Source of the DNA: Candidatus Marinacidobacterales bacterium | GTDB lineage: Bacteria; Acidobacteriota; Vicinamibacteria; Marinacidobacterales; DATDRI01 | Length of the DNA stretch: 64,000 nucleotides | Assembly: GCA_965197825.1 (NCBI GenBank) | Contig: CBDANW010000002.1 | Coordinates: forward strand, 873,738 to 937,737 | Direction: 5' to 3' | Part shown: positions 20,910-29,563 of the stretch, piece by piece | Numbering within the stretch: the stretch's first letter is position 1 | Layout of the letters: every line of letters begins with the position of its first letter | The notes under the pieces: generated by a model | The model's database searches: none | What the model saw: only the letters and a program-made list of their open reading frames with translations | Told to the model about the DNA's origin: nothing | Program-made: the position numbers and the translations under genes

Positions 20910-21093
20910 GTGACACCTCGCTCGCCTCGGTCGGAAGTACAGAGGCTTTTCAACGACAAATCATAGCGGGCGCACCCTTGCGGAAACAATCCGAAGAAAT
21001 ACGGATTTCTGAAGACAATTCCCGTCAATCTGGGCCGATTTCTCGCGTCGTAAACCCTCCGCGCCGATCATCAGCTAGACTACCGCCTACCGA

Positions 21094-22248
21094 ATGAGTT
21101 ACATGGCTATCATCCTGCTCGCGATTTGGACTCTTCTCACCGTGCAGACCCTCGTCAACCTCTTTGTCTTCCGGGAGCTGAAGCCGACGGAGCCTTCTGG
21201 CCTTCCCCAATCCTGGCCGATGGTATCGATCATCATCCCGGCTCGAAACGAAGAGAGAAGTATCGGCGCCACTATCGATGCCGCTCTGCGGCAAGACTAT
21301 CCTCGATTCGAGGTCTTAGCCGTCGATGACGGCTCCAGTGACAGCACCGCTGCGGAGATCGTCGCGCGCGCCGAGGATCCCCGACTTACTGCCGTCTCCT
21401 GCCCGCTGCTCCCCGACGGTTGGCTGGGCAAACCTCACGCTCTGTCTCAGGGTGCCTCCCGGGCAAAGGGAGAGTGGCTTCTCTTCATGGACGCCGACGT
21501 GCGTCTAGCTCCTAGCGCGCTGCGCCGAACGGTGGGTCGATGTGAAGCCGAGGGCTGGGACCACTTGACCCTCCTGGCTCACTTCGTGCGCGGAGGCTTC
21601 TGGGAAGAGATCACGATGCCGTTGCTGCCGGTGTTCTTCTTTGTCTTTTCACCTTCTTTTCTGGCCCTTTCCCGGCGAAGAGGGTTGGCCTTCGGCACCG
21701 GTGCCTTCAGCCTCGTACGTCGAGGTGCTTACGACGCCATCGGTGGGCATCGACGACTCGCCAGCTCGGTGGTGGACGACATCAGACTGGCCATGGAGCT
21801 GAAGGCTGCCGGTTTTGTAACCCGCACCAAGTTGGGAGCGACTCTGGTGCGTTTGCGTATGTATCATGGTCTGAAAGAGATCGTTGACGGCTTCACGAAG
21901 AACGCCCACGCGATATGGGCCGGCCGAGAGACACTAATGTTTGCCGTATCCTTTGTGCTTTTCGCCGTCAACCTCCTCCCGTTCGGCTGGATCCCCTCGC
22001 TGCTGTTAAACCCGCAAGCATCTATCCTCCCGCCCCGGCTGTGGGTAGGCATCAGCCTGGCATTGCTCCTCGCTTGCCGCGCGCTCGTCCAATGGCGGCA
22101 GGGGTTCGCGCTATGGTCCGTGCCGTTTCACCCTCTCGCAATGTTGGTTGGCTTTGGAATCACGCTCCGCTCGCTCTATATGGCATACGGAGAGGGCGTC
22201 GTGCGCTGGCGGGGCCGTGAGTACCGACGGGAGAACACCAGCTTCTGA
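21094..22248 (+). CDS. Membrane glycosyltransferase family 2 (CrtQ/HpnB-like)
   Basis: IIIPARNEE, VDDGSSD, GWLGKPHA, LLFMDAD, WRGR. Confidence 0.88.
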   Translation: MSYMAIILLAIWTLLTVQTLVNLFVFRELKPTEPSGLPQSWPMVSIIIPARNEERSIGATIDAALRQDYPRFEVLAVDDGSSDSTAAEIVARAEDPRLTAVSCPLLPDGWLGKPHALSQGASRAKGEWLLFMDADVRLAPSALRRTVGRCEAEGWDHLTLLAHFVRGGFWEEITMPLLPVFFFVFSPSFLALSRRRGLAFGTGAFSLVRRGAYDAIGGHRRLASSVVDDIRLAMELKAAGFVTRTKLGATLVRLRMYHGLKEIVDGFTKNAHAIWAGRETLMFAVSFVLFAVNLLPFGWIPSLLLNPQASILPPRLWVGISLALLLACRALVQWRQGFALWSVPFHPLAMLVGFGITLRSLYMAYGEGVVRWRGREYRRENTSF

Positions 22249-22253
22249 CGGGC

Positions 22254-22282
22254 TTGCCGCACACTTCGGCGAGCGTTACAAT
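22254..22282 (+). promoter_or_regulatory. Sigma70-like promoter upstream of the ccoN-like gene
   Basis: TTGCCG-N17-TACAAT, 41 nt before ATG 22324. No FNR box seen. Confidence 0.5.
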
Positions 22283-22323
22283 CCTCGCCCCTCGTATCCT
22301 TAAGAGCTTTTTTGAGTCCGACG

Positions 22324-23685
22324 ATGTTCAGATTGGCGAGCCACGAACCGGGAAACGCGAGCCTGCGTTTTTGTTACGCGGCGGTCTTTTGGCTCATTGT
22401 GCCCGGCGTCCTAGGGCTCGTCCTGGCAACGTTTCTCTACCTTCCGGCCGTCGCCGATAGCCTCCCGCTGGGGATCAAACCCTATCTGAGCTTCGGCCGA
22501 CTGCGCCCCGCCCATGTGAACGTGGCCATCTTCGGTTGGCTTTCGCAGGTCTACTACGCCGCCATCCTATTCATAGTCCCCCGCCTCACGCGGACCCAGC
22601 TCTACAGCGAGAGGCTGGCCCATGCCAACTGGTGGCTGTGGAACGTGATGGTCGCGGCTTCGCTTATCACGCTGCCGATGGGTCTCACTCAGGGACGCGA
22701 GTATGCGGAGATGATCTGGCCGCTCGACGTTCTCTTCATTCTCAACATCGTTCTGCTCGCCATCAACATTTGGGGCACGGTCGCAAGGCGCCACGAGCCC
22801 AAGATCTACGTCAGCATCTGGAACTTCATGGCGGCGACGATGGTGATGATCCCCATTTACGCGATAGGCAACAAGATTTGGGACCCTTCGGGCGCCTATC
22901 AGGGAATGAACGACAACATCGTGAACTACTTCTACGTCCACAATCTGTTCAACGCCTGGTTCACGACCGCTGGTATCGGACTCGCGCTCTACCTCTTGCC
23001 CAAGCTCTCGGGAAAAGCCCTTTACAGTCATAGGCTCGGACTCTGGGGACTCTGGAGTGTGTGGACCGGCCAACACCATCAGCTCTATAGCCCGGCTCCG
23101 GATTGGCTCGAGTACCTGACCATCGTCTTCAGCATCCTGGCGACGGTACCGACGACGGCGTTCATGGTCAATTTCTTCATGACCATGCGATCTCGCTGGC
23201 ACCGCGCGGCAGAAGACGTTGCATTGCGCTTCTTCGTAACCGGCGCGATTTTCTGGGGACTGACCTGCGTGCAAGGCGTCAGCCACTCGTTCCGCACGTT
23301 TTCGATGGTGGTCCATTTCACGAATTGGGTCATCGGGCACTCTCATCTTGCCTTCGTGGCGTCCTACAGCTTCTGGGCTTTTGCCCTGGTCTATCTCATG
23401 GTGCCGGAGCTCACCGGCCGAGGTGCCTACAACCGAAAGCTGATGGAGTGGCATTACTGGCTGACGACGCTGGGTATGTTGATCTTCATGATTTCGATGT
23501 GGGTGGCGGGGCTTATCCAGGGACAGAACTGGTCTACGTATACTGTCCCCTTTCTCCAAACGGTCATCACCATGAAGCCCTATTTCGGCGCCCGACTCCT
23601 AGGGGGCGCCATGGCGGGAATCGGCATGTTGTGCTTCGCGTGGAATACTTGGCGCGTCGCGGGCGGGGTGGACAATGAAACCTAA
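22324..23685 (+). CDS. Heme-copper oxidoreductase subunit I, cbb3 (C-family)-like, atypical active site
   Basis: FGRLRPAHVN, QGREYAE, YFYVHNLFN, WTGQHH, HFTNWVIGHSH: all six His ligands present, helix-VII Tyr absent. Confidence 0.9.
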   Translation: MFRLASHEPGNASLRFCYAAVFWLIVPGVLGLVLATFLYLPAVADSLPLGIKPYLSFGRLRPAHVNVAIFGWLSQVYYAAILFIVPRLTRTQLYSERLAHANWWLWNVMVAASLITLPMGLTQGREYAEMIWPLDVLFILNIVLLAINIWGTVARRHEPKIYVSIWNFMAATMVMIPIYAIGNKIWDPSGAYQGMNDNIVNYFYVHNLFNAWFTTAGIGLALYLLPKLSGKALYSHRLGLWGLWSVWTGQHHQLYSPAPDWLEYLTIVFSILATVPTTAFMVNFFMTMRSRWHRAAEDVALRFFVTGAIFWGLTCVQGVSHSFRTFSMVVHFTNWVIGHSHLAFVASYSFWAFALVYLMVPELTGRGAYNRKLMEWHYWLTTLGMLIFMISMWVAGLIQGQNWSTYTVPFLQTVITMKPYFGARLLGGAMAGIGMLCFAWNTWRVAGGVDNET

Positions 23686-24160
23686 CCTGGTCTACCTTAC
23701 CGGCGGCTCCCTGATCAGCCTGCTGCTCGGGATTATCGTGACCATCATCATCCCCGCGCAGGATGCGATGGGGCCTTCGCCGCTCGCCCAGCCCTACACC
23801 GAGCAAGAGTCGAGGGGACGTGACATCTATCTACGCGAGGGGTGCCACTACTGCCATACCCAGCAGGTTCGCGCGCCGGAGGCGGACCGCGGGATGGTGC
23901 GCCAGCGAGGGGACATCGGCCCAGAATCTGTGCCCGGCGACTTCTATCATCAATCCCCCGTCTTCTGGGGCACGCAGCGTCAAGGCATGGATCTGGCGCA
24001 CGTCGCCTCGCGGACGGGGATCGGCGACAACGTCGGATGGCACGAGCTTCATTTCACAAACCCACGCGCCGTATCACCGGGAACGGTCATGCCGACTTAT
24101 GACTACCTCTCCCCTGAAGAGATTCAGGCGCTCACCGCATACATGTTGACGTTGAGATAG
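23675..24160 (+). CDS. ccoO: CcoO-like monoheme cytochrome c subunit II
   Basis: GRDIYLREGCHYCHTQQVR, WGTQRQGMDLA, PGTVMP. Overlaps subunit I. Confidence 0.9.
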   Translation: MKPNLVYLTGGSLISLLLGIIVTIIIPAQDAMGPSPLAQPYTEQESRGRDIYLREGCHYCHTQQVRAPEADRGMVRQRGDIGPESVPGDFYHQSPVFWGTQRQGMDLAHVASRTGIGDNVGWHELHFTNPRAVSPGTVMPTYDYLSPEEIQALTAYMLTLR

Positions 24161-24164
24161 GTCC

Positions 24165-24332
24165 ATGGTCTTCCCCGCAACGTGGTTGGTCTTGGCAACG
24201 GTGGCGATCATTTTGATACTCTTCGGGCTCGGCTACTACTGGGCACGCACCCACGGGCAGCTCGATGACGTCGAAGAAGCCAAATTCTCGATGCTCCGGA
24301 GCGAGCGCATAGGTACCGAAGATGACGAATGA
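24165..24332 (+). CDS. ccoS: CcoS/FixS-like cbb3 maturation peptide (55 aa)
   Basis: Not in the ORF track. MVFPATWLVLATVAIILILFGLGYYWARTHGQLDDVEEAKFSML matches W..GQFDD.E. Confidence 0.8.
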   Translation: MVFPATWLVLATVAIILILFGLGYYWARTHGQLDDVEEAKFSMLRSERIGTEDDE

Positions 24333-24564
24333 GGAAGCTTCCACGAACTACGATGATTTCGCCGGCGAGGTTCAAGTCGCCAATGGCAAACCGCCTCGAT
24401 GGCTCACCAAAGCACCTTACGTTGCCATGACGGGGGCGCTGGGTTATTACGCCCTGGTCCGCGTGACGGATCCAGTCAATCTGGTTTTCGCCACACTATT
24501 CGTTCTTTGGTTTATCTACACGCCAATCGCCCAAAAGAAGGGCTGGTTCTTTTTGTCTATGTGA
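24322..24564 (+). CDS. Small two-helix membrane protein resembling the CcoP/FixP N-terminal anchor, without heme domains
   Basis: YDDFAGEVQVANGKPPRWL resembles the HxxDGIEExDNPLPRWW anchor. No CxxCH. Confidence 0.55.
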   Translation: MTNEEASTNYDDFAGEVQVANGKPPRWLTKAPYVAMTGALGYYALVRVTDPVNLVFATLFVLWFIYTPIAQKKGWFFLSM

Positions 24565-24664
24565 CATGTCGGAGGGAGGTGACATCGCAATCGTTTCACC
24601 CTGAGATTCCTTGTCCTATGTTCCATCCACTTTTAACTCTATTACCAAAGCTGGAGGAAACAAG

Positions 24665-25099
24665 ATGGCCGACAGAGCCGAACAGGCAAACAAGTATATG
24701 GAAGAGAAAATGTTCTTCACGCCCCGCATGTTCAAGGTCACGAACACACTGGCTCCTGAGGTCGGCGAGCGTTTTGCCGATTTCTACGAGACCGTCTGGG
24801 CCGACGGCAACCTGCCTCGCAAGATCAAGGAATTGATGTTCGTGTCCATCGGCGTGTCCTACATGTCCCCGCGGTGCATCATCCACGTGCAGCCGGCCAT
24901 CAAGGCGGGAGCCACCGATGGTGAGATCTTCGAAGCCGTTTCGGTCGGCATGTTGGCGGCGGGATTCGTCCCCGGCGGACCGGGTATCCCCTATGCCTTC
25001 GAGTACGCCGCGAAAACGCTGGATATCGCCGGGAAGATACGCAAGGGTGAAGACTTCGAGTACTTGCCCAGCCCCAAATTCGACACGGGCGTCGGGTAG
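24665..25099 (+). CDS. Carboxymuconolactone decarboxylase / AhpD-family protein (single Cys)
   Basis: DGNLPRKIKELM..IGV..SPRCIIH...AGATDGEIFEA; GGAGG RBS. Confidence 0.88.
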   Translation: MADRAEQANKYMEEKMFFTPRMFKVTNTLAPEVGERFADFYETVWADGNLPRKIKELMFVSIGVSYMSPRCIIHVQPAIKAGATDGEIFEAVSVGMLAAGFVPGGPGIPYAFEYAAKTLDIAGKIRKGEDFEYLPSPKFDTGVG

Positions 25100-25121
25100 C
25101 AGTACTTCGGCGGCGCAGACG

Positions 25122-25149
25122 CGGGAGCCCCGGGCGACCCGGGCTCCCG
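25122..25149 (+). promoter_or_regulatory. Strong intergenic hairpin inside the cluster (no U-tract)
   Basis: CGGGAGCC(C)CGGG-CGA-CCCGGGCTCCCG. Confidence 0.55.
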
Positions 25150-25174
25150 TCTGCTCGCTATCCGCAAGCACCGC

Positions 25175-25984
25175 GTGAACGATCAACGATTTGCGAACGC
25201 TCACTTGTTGGTCGGGACCGATTGGCTGGCCGACCACCTGAACGACACCGACCTGCGGCTGGTGGAGGTGACGGCACCGGGGGCGGGTTACAAGTTCGGG
25301 CACATCCCCGGCGCCACCTACCTGAATCTGGACGACGTGCTGACGGGAACCGTCACCGGCGTCCGGCGCACCGTGGGGCCGTTGGGCGACGTCGCGGGCG
25401 TCCTCGGCAATCTGGGCTTTTCTCCTGACAGGAACATTGTCGTCTACGACGAGTTCGGCGGCACGCGCGCGTCCCAAACTTTCTGGCTGCTCGAGTATCT
25501 AGGATGCGAGCACGTGTACTTTCTCGAGGGCGGGATGGAACGCTGGCTGGCCGAGGGTCGTGGCACGACGAGCGACGCGCCCGACGTTCAGAAGACGACG
25601 TTCACACCCCGAATTCGAGAAGAACGTCTCGCCACCGCGAATTGGATCCTTGCCCGTCTGGAGAACCCGGACGTCCGTCTTCTCGATGCCCGCGCCCCCG
25701 ACGAACACGAGGACGGTCACATACCGGGCGCCCGCAATCGATCATGGGACAAAACTCTCACGCGACGGGCCTACCAGGCGTTTCGTCCACCAACGGAGCT
25801 TCTCTCGGAGTTCGCCGAGCTCGGTGTGGACTCAAACAAAGAGATCGTTACCTACTGCGTCACCGGAGCCCGCTCCTCACACATTTACCTGGCGTTGCGC
25901 CTCTTGGGTTACACTCGCGTCCGGAACTATGATGGCTCATGGGAGGAGTGGGGATCGCGACGGGACTTACCGAAAACAACGTGA
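25175..25984 (+). CDS. Two-domain rhodanese (thiosulfate/3-mercaptopyruvate sulfurtransferase)
   Basis: GHIPGA twice; active-site loop YCVTGARS; YDGSWEEW signature. Confidence 0.93.
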   Translation: MNDQRFANAHLLVGTDWLADHLNDTDLRLVEVTAPGAGYKFGHIPGATYLNLDDVLTGTVTGVRRTVGPLGDVAGVLGNLGFSPDRNIVVYDEFGGTRASQTFWLLEYLGCEHVYFLEGGMERWLAEGRGTTSDAPDVQKTTFTPRIREERLATANWILARLENPDVRLLDARAPDEHEDGHIPGARNRSWDKTLTRRAYQAFRPPTELLSEFAELGVDSNKEIVTYCVTGARSSHIYLALRLLGYTRVRNYDGSWEEWGSRRDLPKTT

Positions 25985-26002
25985 TTGTAAGGAGGGTCAA
26001 CC

Positions 26003-27181
26003 ATGTCTAGCAATCGACCGCAACTACCTTTGTTCCCGGTCACCGTGGTAGGAAGCTGGCCACGCCCCCAGTATCTCCTGGATGCGTTGCGCAAAAGGCA
26101 GAAGGGACAGTTGAGCTTCGAAGCGTTTCAAGAAATCGCCGACAAAGCGGTGTTGGAAACGCTCCGTTACCAGGACGAAGCGGGTGTCGATATCGTCAGC
26201 GACGGCGAGCAGCGGCGGGACAATTTCTATTCCTTCGTCGTGGAGAAGCTGGACGGCGTCGAGCTGATGACGCTGGCCGACCTGATGGATCATGTCGAAG
26301 ACAAAATGGGCTTCGATTCGATTCTCCGAAGCATGGACGCCCCCGCCTTCGCCATCAAGAACCCGACCGTGACCGGCAAGCTGAAACCCAGAATGCCGCT
26401 CGCGCTCGACGAATACGAGTTCTTGCGCAAGCACACCGACAAGCCCATCAAGGTTCCCCTTCCGGGTCCTTACATCTTGATCCGCTCCATGTGGGTGAAG
26501 GGCGTGTCCGACGCGGTCTATCCGACTCAGGAAGATCTAGCGGTGGACATCGTCAAGATTTTGCGCGATGAGCTAGTCGCCCTGCGCGATGCCGGCGTGG
26601 ATTTCGTCCAGTTCGACGAGCCCGTCTTGACCGACGTCGCTTTCAATCCCGCGGTCAAGGAAAGAACGTTCATGTGTGCCTCGATGGCCGCGACTTCCGG
26701 CGACCCCAGCAAGGAGCTGCTCCTCGCGACCCGTATGATGAACAGCATCGTCGACGGCGTGGACGGCGTTCGCATCGGTGTTCACGTCTGCCGCGGCAAC
26801 TGGAGCCGTAAGGATGAGGTGTTGCTGAAAGGGAGCTACGAGCCTCTCGTTCCCACCATGATGGGCATGCACCTCGACCAATTGGTCCTCGAGTACGCCA
26901 CGCCACGCGCGGGAGAGCTGGCGGCCTTCGAGCACCACTCCAACGAGAAAGAAATCGGGCTTGGCGTCGTCAATCCCCGTTCGGATGAGATGGAATCTCC
27001 GGGCTCCGTCGTAGAGCGGGTCGACGAGGCGCTGAAGTATTTCAAACCCGAGCAGATCTATCTGAACCCCGATTGCGGCTTCGGAACGTTCGCCGAGCGG
27101 CCGATGAATCCGGCCGAGATCGCCGGGAAGAAGCTCGCCATCATCAGCGAAGCAGCCAAGAAGCTGCGGGCGAACCATTAG
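26003..27181 (+). CDS. Single-domain MetE-family (methionine synthase II-like) Zn thiol-alkyltransferase; candidate CoM transferase
   Basis: TVVGSWPRP, SDGEQRR, VQFDEP, HVCRGN (HxC), LEYA, NPDCGF. No N-terminal folate barrel. Confidence 0.88.
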   Translation: MSSNRPQLPLFPVTVVGSWPRPQYLLDALRKRQKGQLSFEAFQEIADKAVLETLRYQDEAGVDIVSDGEQRRDNFYSFVVEKLDGVELMTLADLMDHVEDKMGFDSILRSMDAPAFAIKNPTVTGKLKPRMPLALDEYEFLRKHTDKPIKVPLPGPYILIRSMWVKGVSDAVYPTQEDLAVDIVKILRDELVALRDAGVDFVQFDEPVLTDVAFNPAVKERTFMCASMAATSGDPSKELLLATRMMNSIVDGVDGVRIGVHVCRGNWSRKDEVLLKGSYEPLVPTMMGMHLDQLVLEYATPRAGELAAFEHHSNEKEIGLGVVNPRSDEMESPGSVVERVDEALKYFKPEQIYLNPDCGFGTFAERPMNPAEIAGKKLAIISEAAKKLRANH

Positions 27182-27196
27182 AAGGCGGTGGAGGCC

Positions 27197-27727
27197 ATGG
27201 GACAGCAAGCAGGCAAGATAAACGGACTGGACATCGAGGAGACTCGGGAGGCCATCAAAACCGTCGGCGCTCAGCCGGAAAACTCCCACGCCCCCAAGAA
27301 ATCCCGCTGCAAATGGCTTAGCGGGCTCAAGTTCAAGACCTACGTGCGGAACCACGTGTTTCTGGTGGACGAGCCCGCTCATCTCGCCGGCGAGGACGAG
27401 AGCCCCAATTCCATGGAGTACGTGTTGGGCGCCTACGGTGCCTGTCTCGCCACCGGCTTCGTCCTGAACGCCAGCCAGAAGGGGATCGAGATCCACAACC
27501 TCGAGGTCGCCGTGGACTCGACCCAGAACAACGTCTTCACGTTTCTGGGGCTGGCCGACGAGGGCCATTCAGGCTTCGATACCATCAACGCCAAGCTCTT
27601 CGTGCAGGCCGACGCGGACGAAGAAACGATACGGCAGATTTGGACTCAAACCGTGAACACCTCTCCGGTGCACAACTCTTTGACCAGGACCGTCACCATA
27701 AGACCGGAGGTCGAAATCATCCCCTGA
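27197..27727 (+). CDS. OsmC family protein (resolving Cys replaced by Ser)
   Basis: VDEPAHLAGEDESPNSMEYVLGAYGACL...TSPVHNSL. Confidence 0.88.
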   Translation: MGQQAGKINGLDIEETREAIKTVGAQPENSHAPKKSRCKWLSGLKFKTYVRNHVFLVDEPAHLAGEDESPNSMEYVLGAYGACLATGFVLNASQKGIEIHNLEVAVDSTQNNVFTFLGLADEGHSGFDTINAKLFVQADADEETIRQIWTQTVNTSPVHNSLTRTVTIRPEVEIIP

Positions 27728-27801
27728 CCCGTTCGCCGACGCGGAGCCCCATACCCCATAGAAGACGCGCGAGGTCGATTCCCTGTAAGATCTGGGGTCG
27801 T

Positions 27802-28680
27802 ATGAAGAATTTCGTCCCTCTGCCCTACCGCCGAGTCTCCGTCCAGCCCTACCCGGGCGAGATGACGGAGCCCGCTATCCATGCGCATCTCATGGGCCGG
27901 GACACGTACCGGCGGACCGAATTCATCGTCTTGAGGAAGGGTGAGGAGACCGCGGTGGTGGAGGTGACCGCCCCCGATCGGGAAAGCCTCTTCAGCCCCA
28001 TCGACGGGGTGCGGGTTCTCGCGCTACCCGACACCTGCCGTTTCGTCGAGGCACCCGACACCGATCCCTCCAACCCCTCCGCGTTGGCTGCCGAGGCCCA
28101 TGCAGTCGGAGTTGGGCCGGAGGAAACCCTCGTGGTACGGGGAAAGTACGAGCACGTCAACTTCATCCATCATCCCGATCCGCTGGTGATCCGAGTCGTC
28201 GAAGTCTCTCCGCCCGACCCACCCAAGCTCTTCGACTTGGCCCAGCATGTGCTGAGCTACGCGGCGCTGCCCCCCATTCGACTCGAGCTGGAGCGCATCG
28301 ACCTCAACGAGCTGGCGGCGGGCCAATCCCCCGCCGCTTTCCTGGTACCCTGCCGATCCGGAGGGCTGGACCGCCTCGGCGCGCCCGTCTACTTTCTAGA
28401 CGAGCACCCGCAACGCCGCGACTGGACGATGATCGGGTGCGAGCGCAGTTTACAGATCCACCATCATTTCTACGGCGACGATCCGCCCCGGGTGGAGTTT
28501 TGTCCGCGTCAGCTGGCCGGGGAGCGCGACGAGCCGACGCTGCTCAAGTGCTGCCTGCTCGAGTTCGCGCCCGAGCTCGATGGCCACGTCGCCGTGATGC
28601 CCTGGGGCTCCGACCTGAGCATAGTGGAGACGGCCATTCGGCAACTCCTCGCGGTTGCAGAGCCCGCGCACACCAAATGA
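27802..28680 (+). CDS. Cys-rich hypothetical protein directly upstream of comA; candidate XcbA-like CoM-pathway enzyme
   Basis: LVPCR, IGCERS..IH, CPR, KCCLLE. Identity is inferred from position (xcbA-B-C-D-E order) only. Confidence 0.6.
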   Translation: MKNFVPLPYRRVSVQPYPGEMTEPAIHAHLMGRDTYRRTEFIVLRKGEETAVVEVTAPDRESLFSPIDGVRVLALPDTCRFVEAPDTDPSNPSALAAEAHAVGVGPEETLVVRGKYEHVNFIHHPDPLVIRVVEVSPPDPPKLFDLAQHVLSYAALPPIRLELERIDLNELAAGQSPAAFLVPCRSGGLDRLGAPVYFLDEHPQRRDWTMIGCERSLQIHHHFYGDDPPRVEFCPRQLAGERDEPTLLKCCLLEFAPELDGHVAVMPWGSDLSIVETAIRQLLAVAEPAHTK

Positions 28681-28709
28681 TGACCAAATAAGGAGAAGTA
28701 GACTATCAG

Positions 28710-29549
28710 ATGACCAAAGCGTGGAAATCCGTTTTTCCCGAGCTAGCGACCCGCTCCCGCAAACCACGGACGCGGGGCGTGACGATGGTCCTGGACAAGT
28801 GCCAGGGCCCGGCAGCTACTCAAGACCTGCTGACCATGTCCGGCGATTACATCGATTTCTGGAAGCTCTCTTACGGCACGTCGGCGCTCCTCGACGAGGA
28901 CTTTCTCCGCGCGAAGATCAAGAACATTCGCGATCACGGAGTCTCGGTCCATCCGGGTGGCACGCTGGCCGAATACGCGATCATGCGCGGCTTGTGTCAC
29001 GAGTACGTGCGTCACACGAAGGATCTCGGCTTCACCGCCATCGAGATCTCGGACGGCACGATAGATATATCCGCCGACACCCGTCGCAACGCGATCCGTT
29101 ACGCCTGCGATCTCGGGCTGACCGTTCTTTCCGAAGTTGGAAAGAAGGACCCCAAGGAACAACCGCCGCCGGAAGACCTTGCCGAGCAAGCGATCGCCGA
29201 TTTCGAGTCCGGAGCCTCCTGGGTCATCGTCGACGCCCGGGAATCGGGCCGCGGCGTCGGCGTCTTCGACGCAGACGGCTCGGTGCGCGAAGAGACCCTG
29301 GACACGATGGTCGACATACTGAAAGACCACCTTGACAAAATGATCTGGGAGACGCCACTCAAGAAACAGCAGGAGTACTTCGTTCTGCGCTTCGGACCGC
29401 ACGTAGGACTCGGCAACATCCAGCCGCGGGACGTATTGGCCCTTGAATCCATGCGCACCGGGATCCGTTTCGAGACGTTTCGCGCCTTCGCCGAAAAGCT
29501 CCTCGAAGAAATGCAACAGGCTCAGAAGGCCGACGGCAAAGAGGGATAA
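28710..29549 (+). CDS. comA: (2R)-phospho-3-sulfolactate synthase (ComA / XcbB)
   Basis: GVTMVLDK, IDFWKLSYGT, PGGTLAE, IEISDG, SEVGKK, DARESG, IWETP.KKQQ, LGNI, LESMR.G.R. Confidence 0.95.
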   Translation: MTKAWKSVFPELATRSRKPRTRGVTMVLDKCQGPAATQDLLTMSGDYIDFWKLSYGTSALLDEDFLRAKIKNIRDHGVSVHPGGTLAEYAIMRGLCHEYVRHTKDLGFTAIEISDGTIDISADTRRNAIRYACDLGLTVLSEVGKKDPKEQPPPEDLAEQAIADFESGASWVIVDARESGRGVGVFDADGSVREETLDTMVDILKDHLDKMIWETPLKKQQEYFVLRFGPHVGLGNIQPRDVLALESMRTGIRFETFRAFAEKLLEEMQQAQKADGKEG

Positions 29550-29563
29550 CGGGACCTGCCATC

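Noticed and set aside
28710..29549. Methanogen-type CoM pathway or sulfolipid/spore sulfolactate pathway
   Set aside because: No comB/C/D/E-like genes nearby; the neighbours are the bacterial Xcb set.
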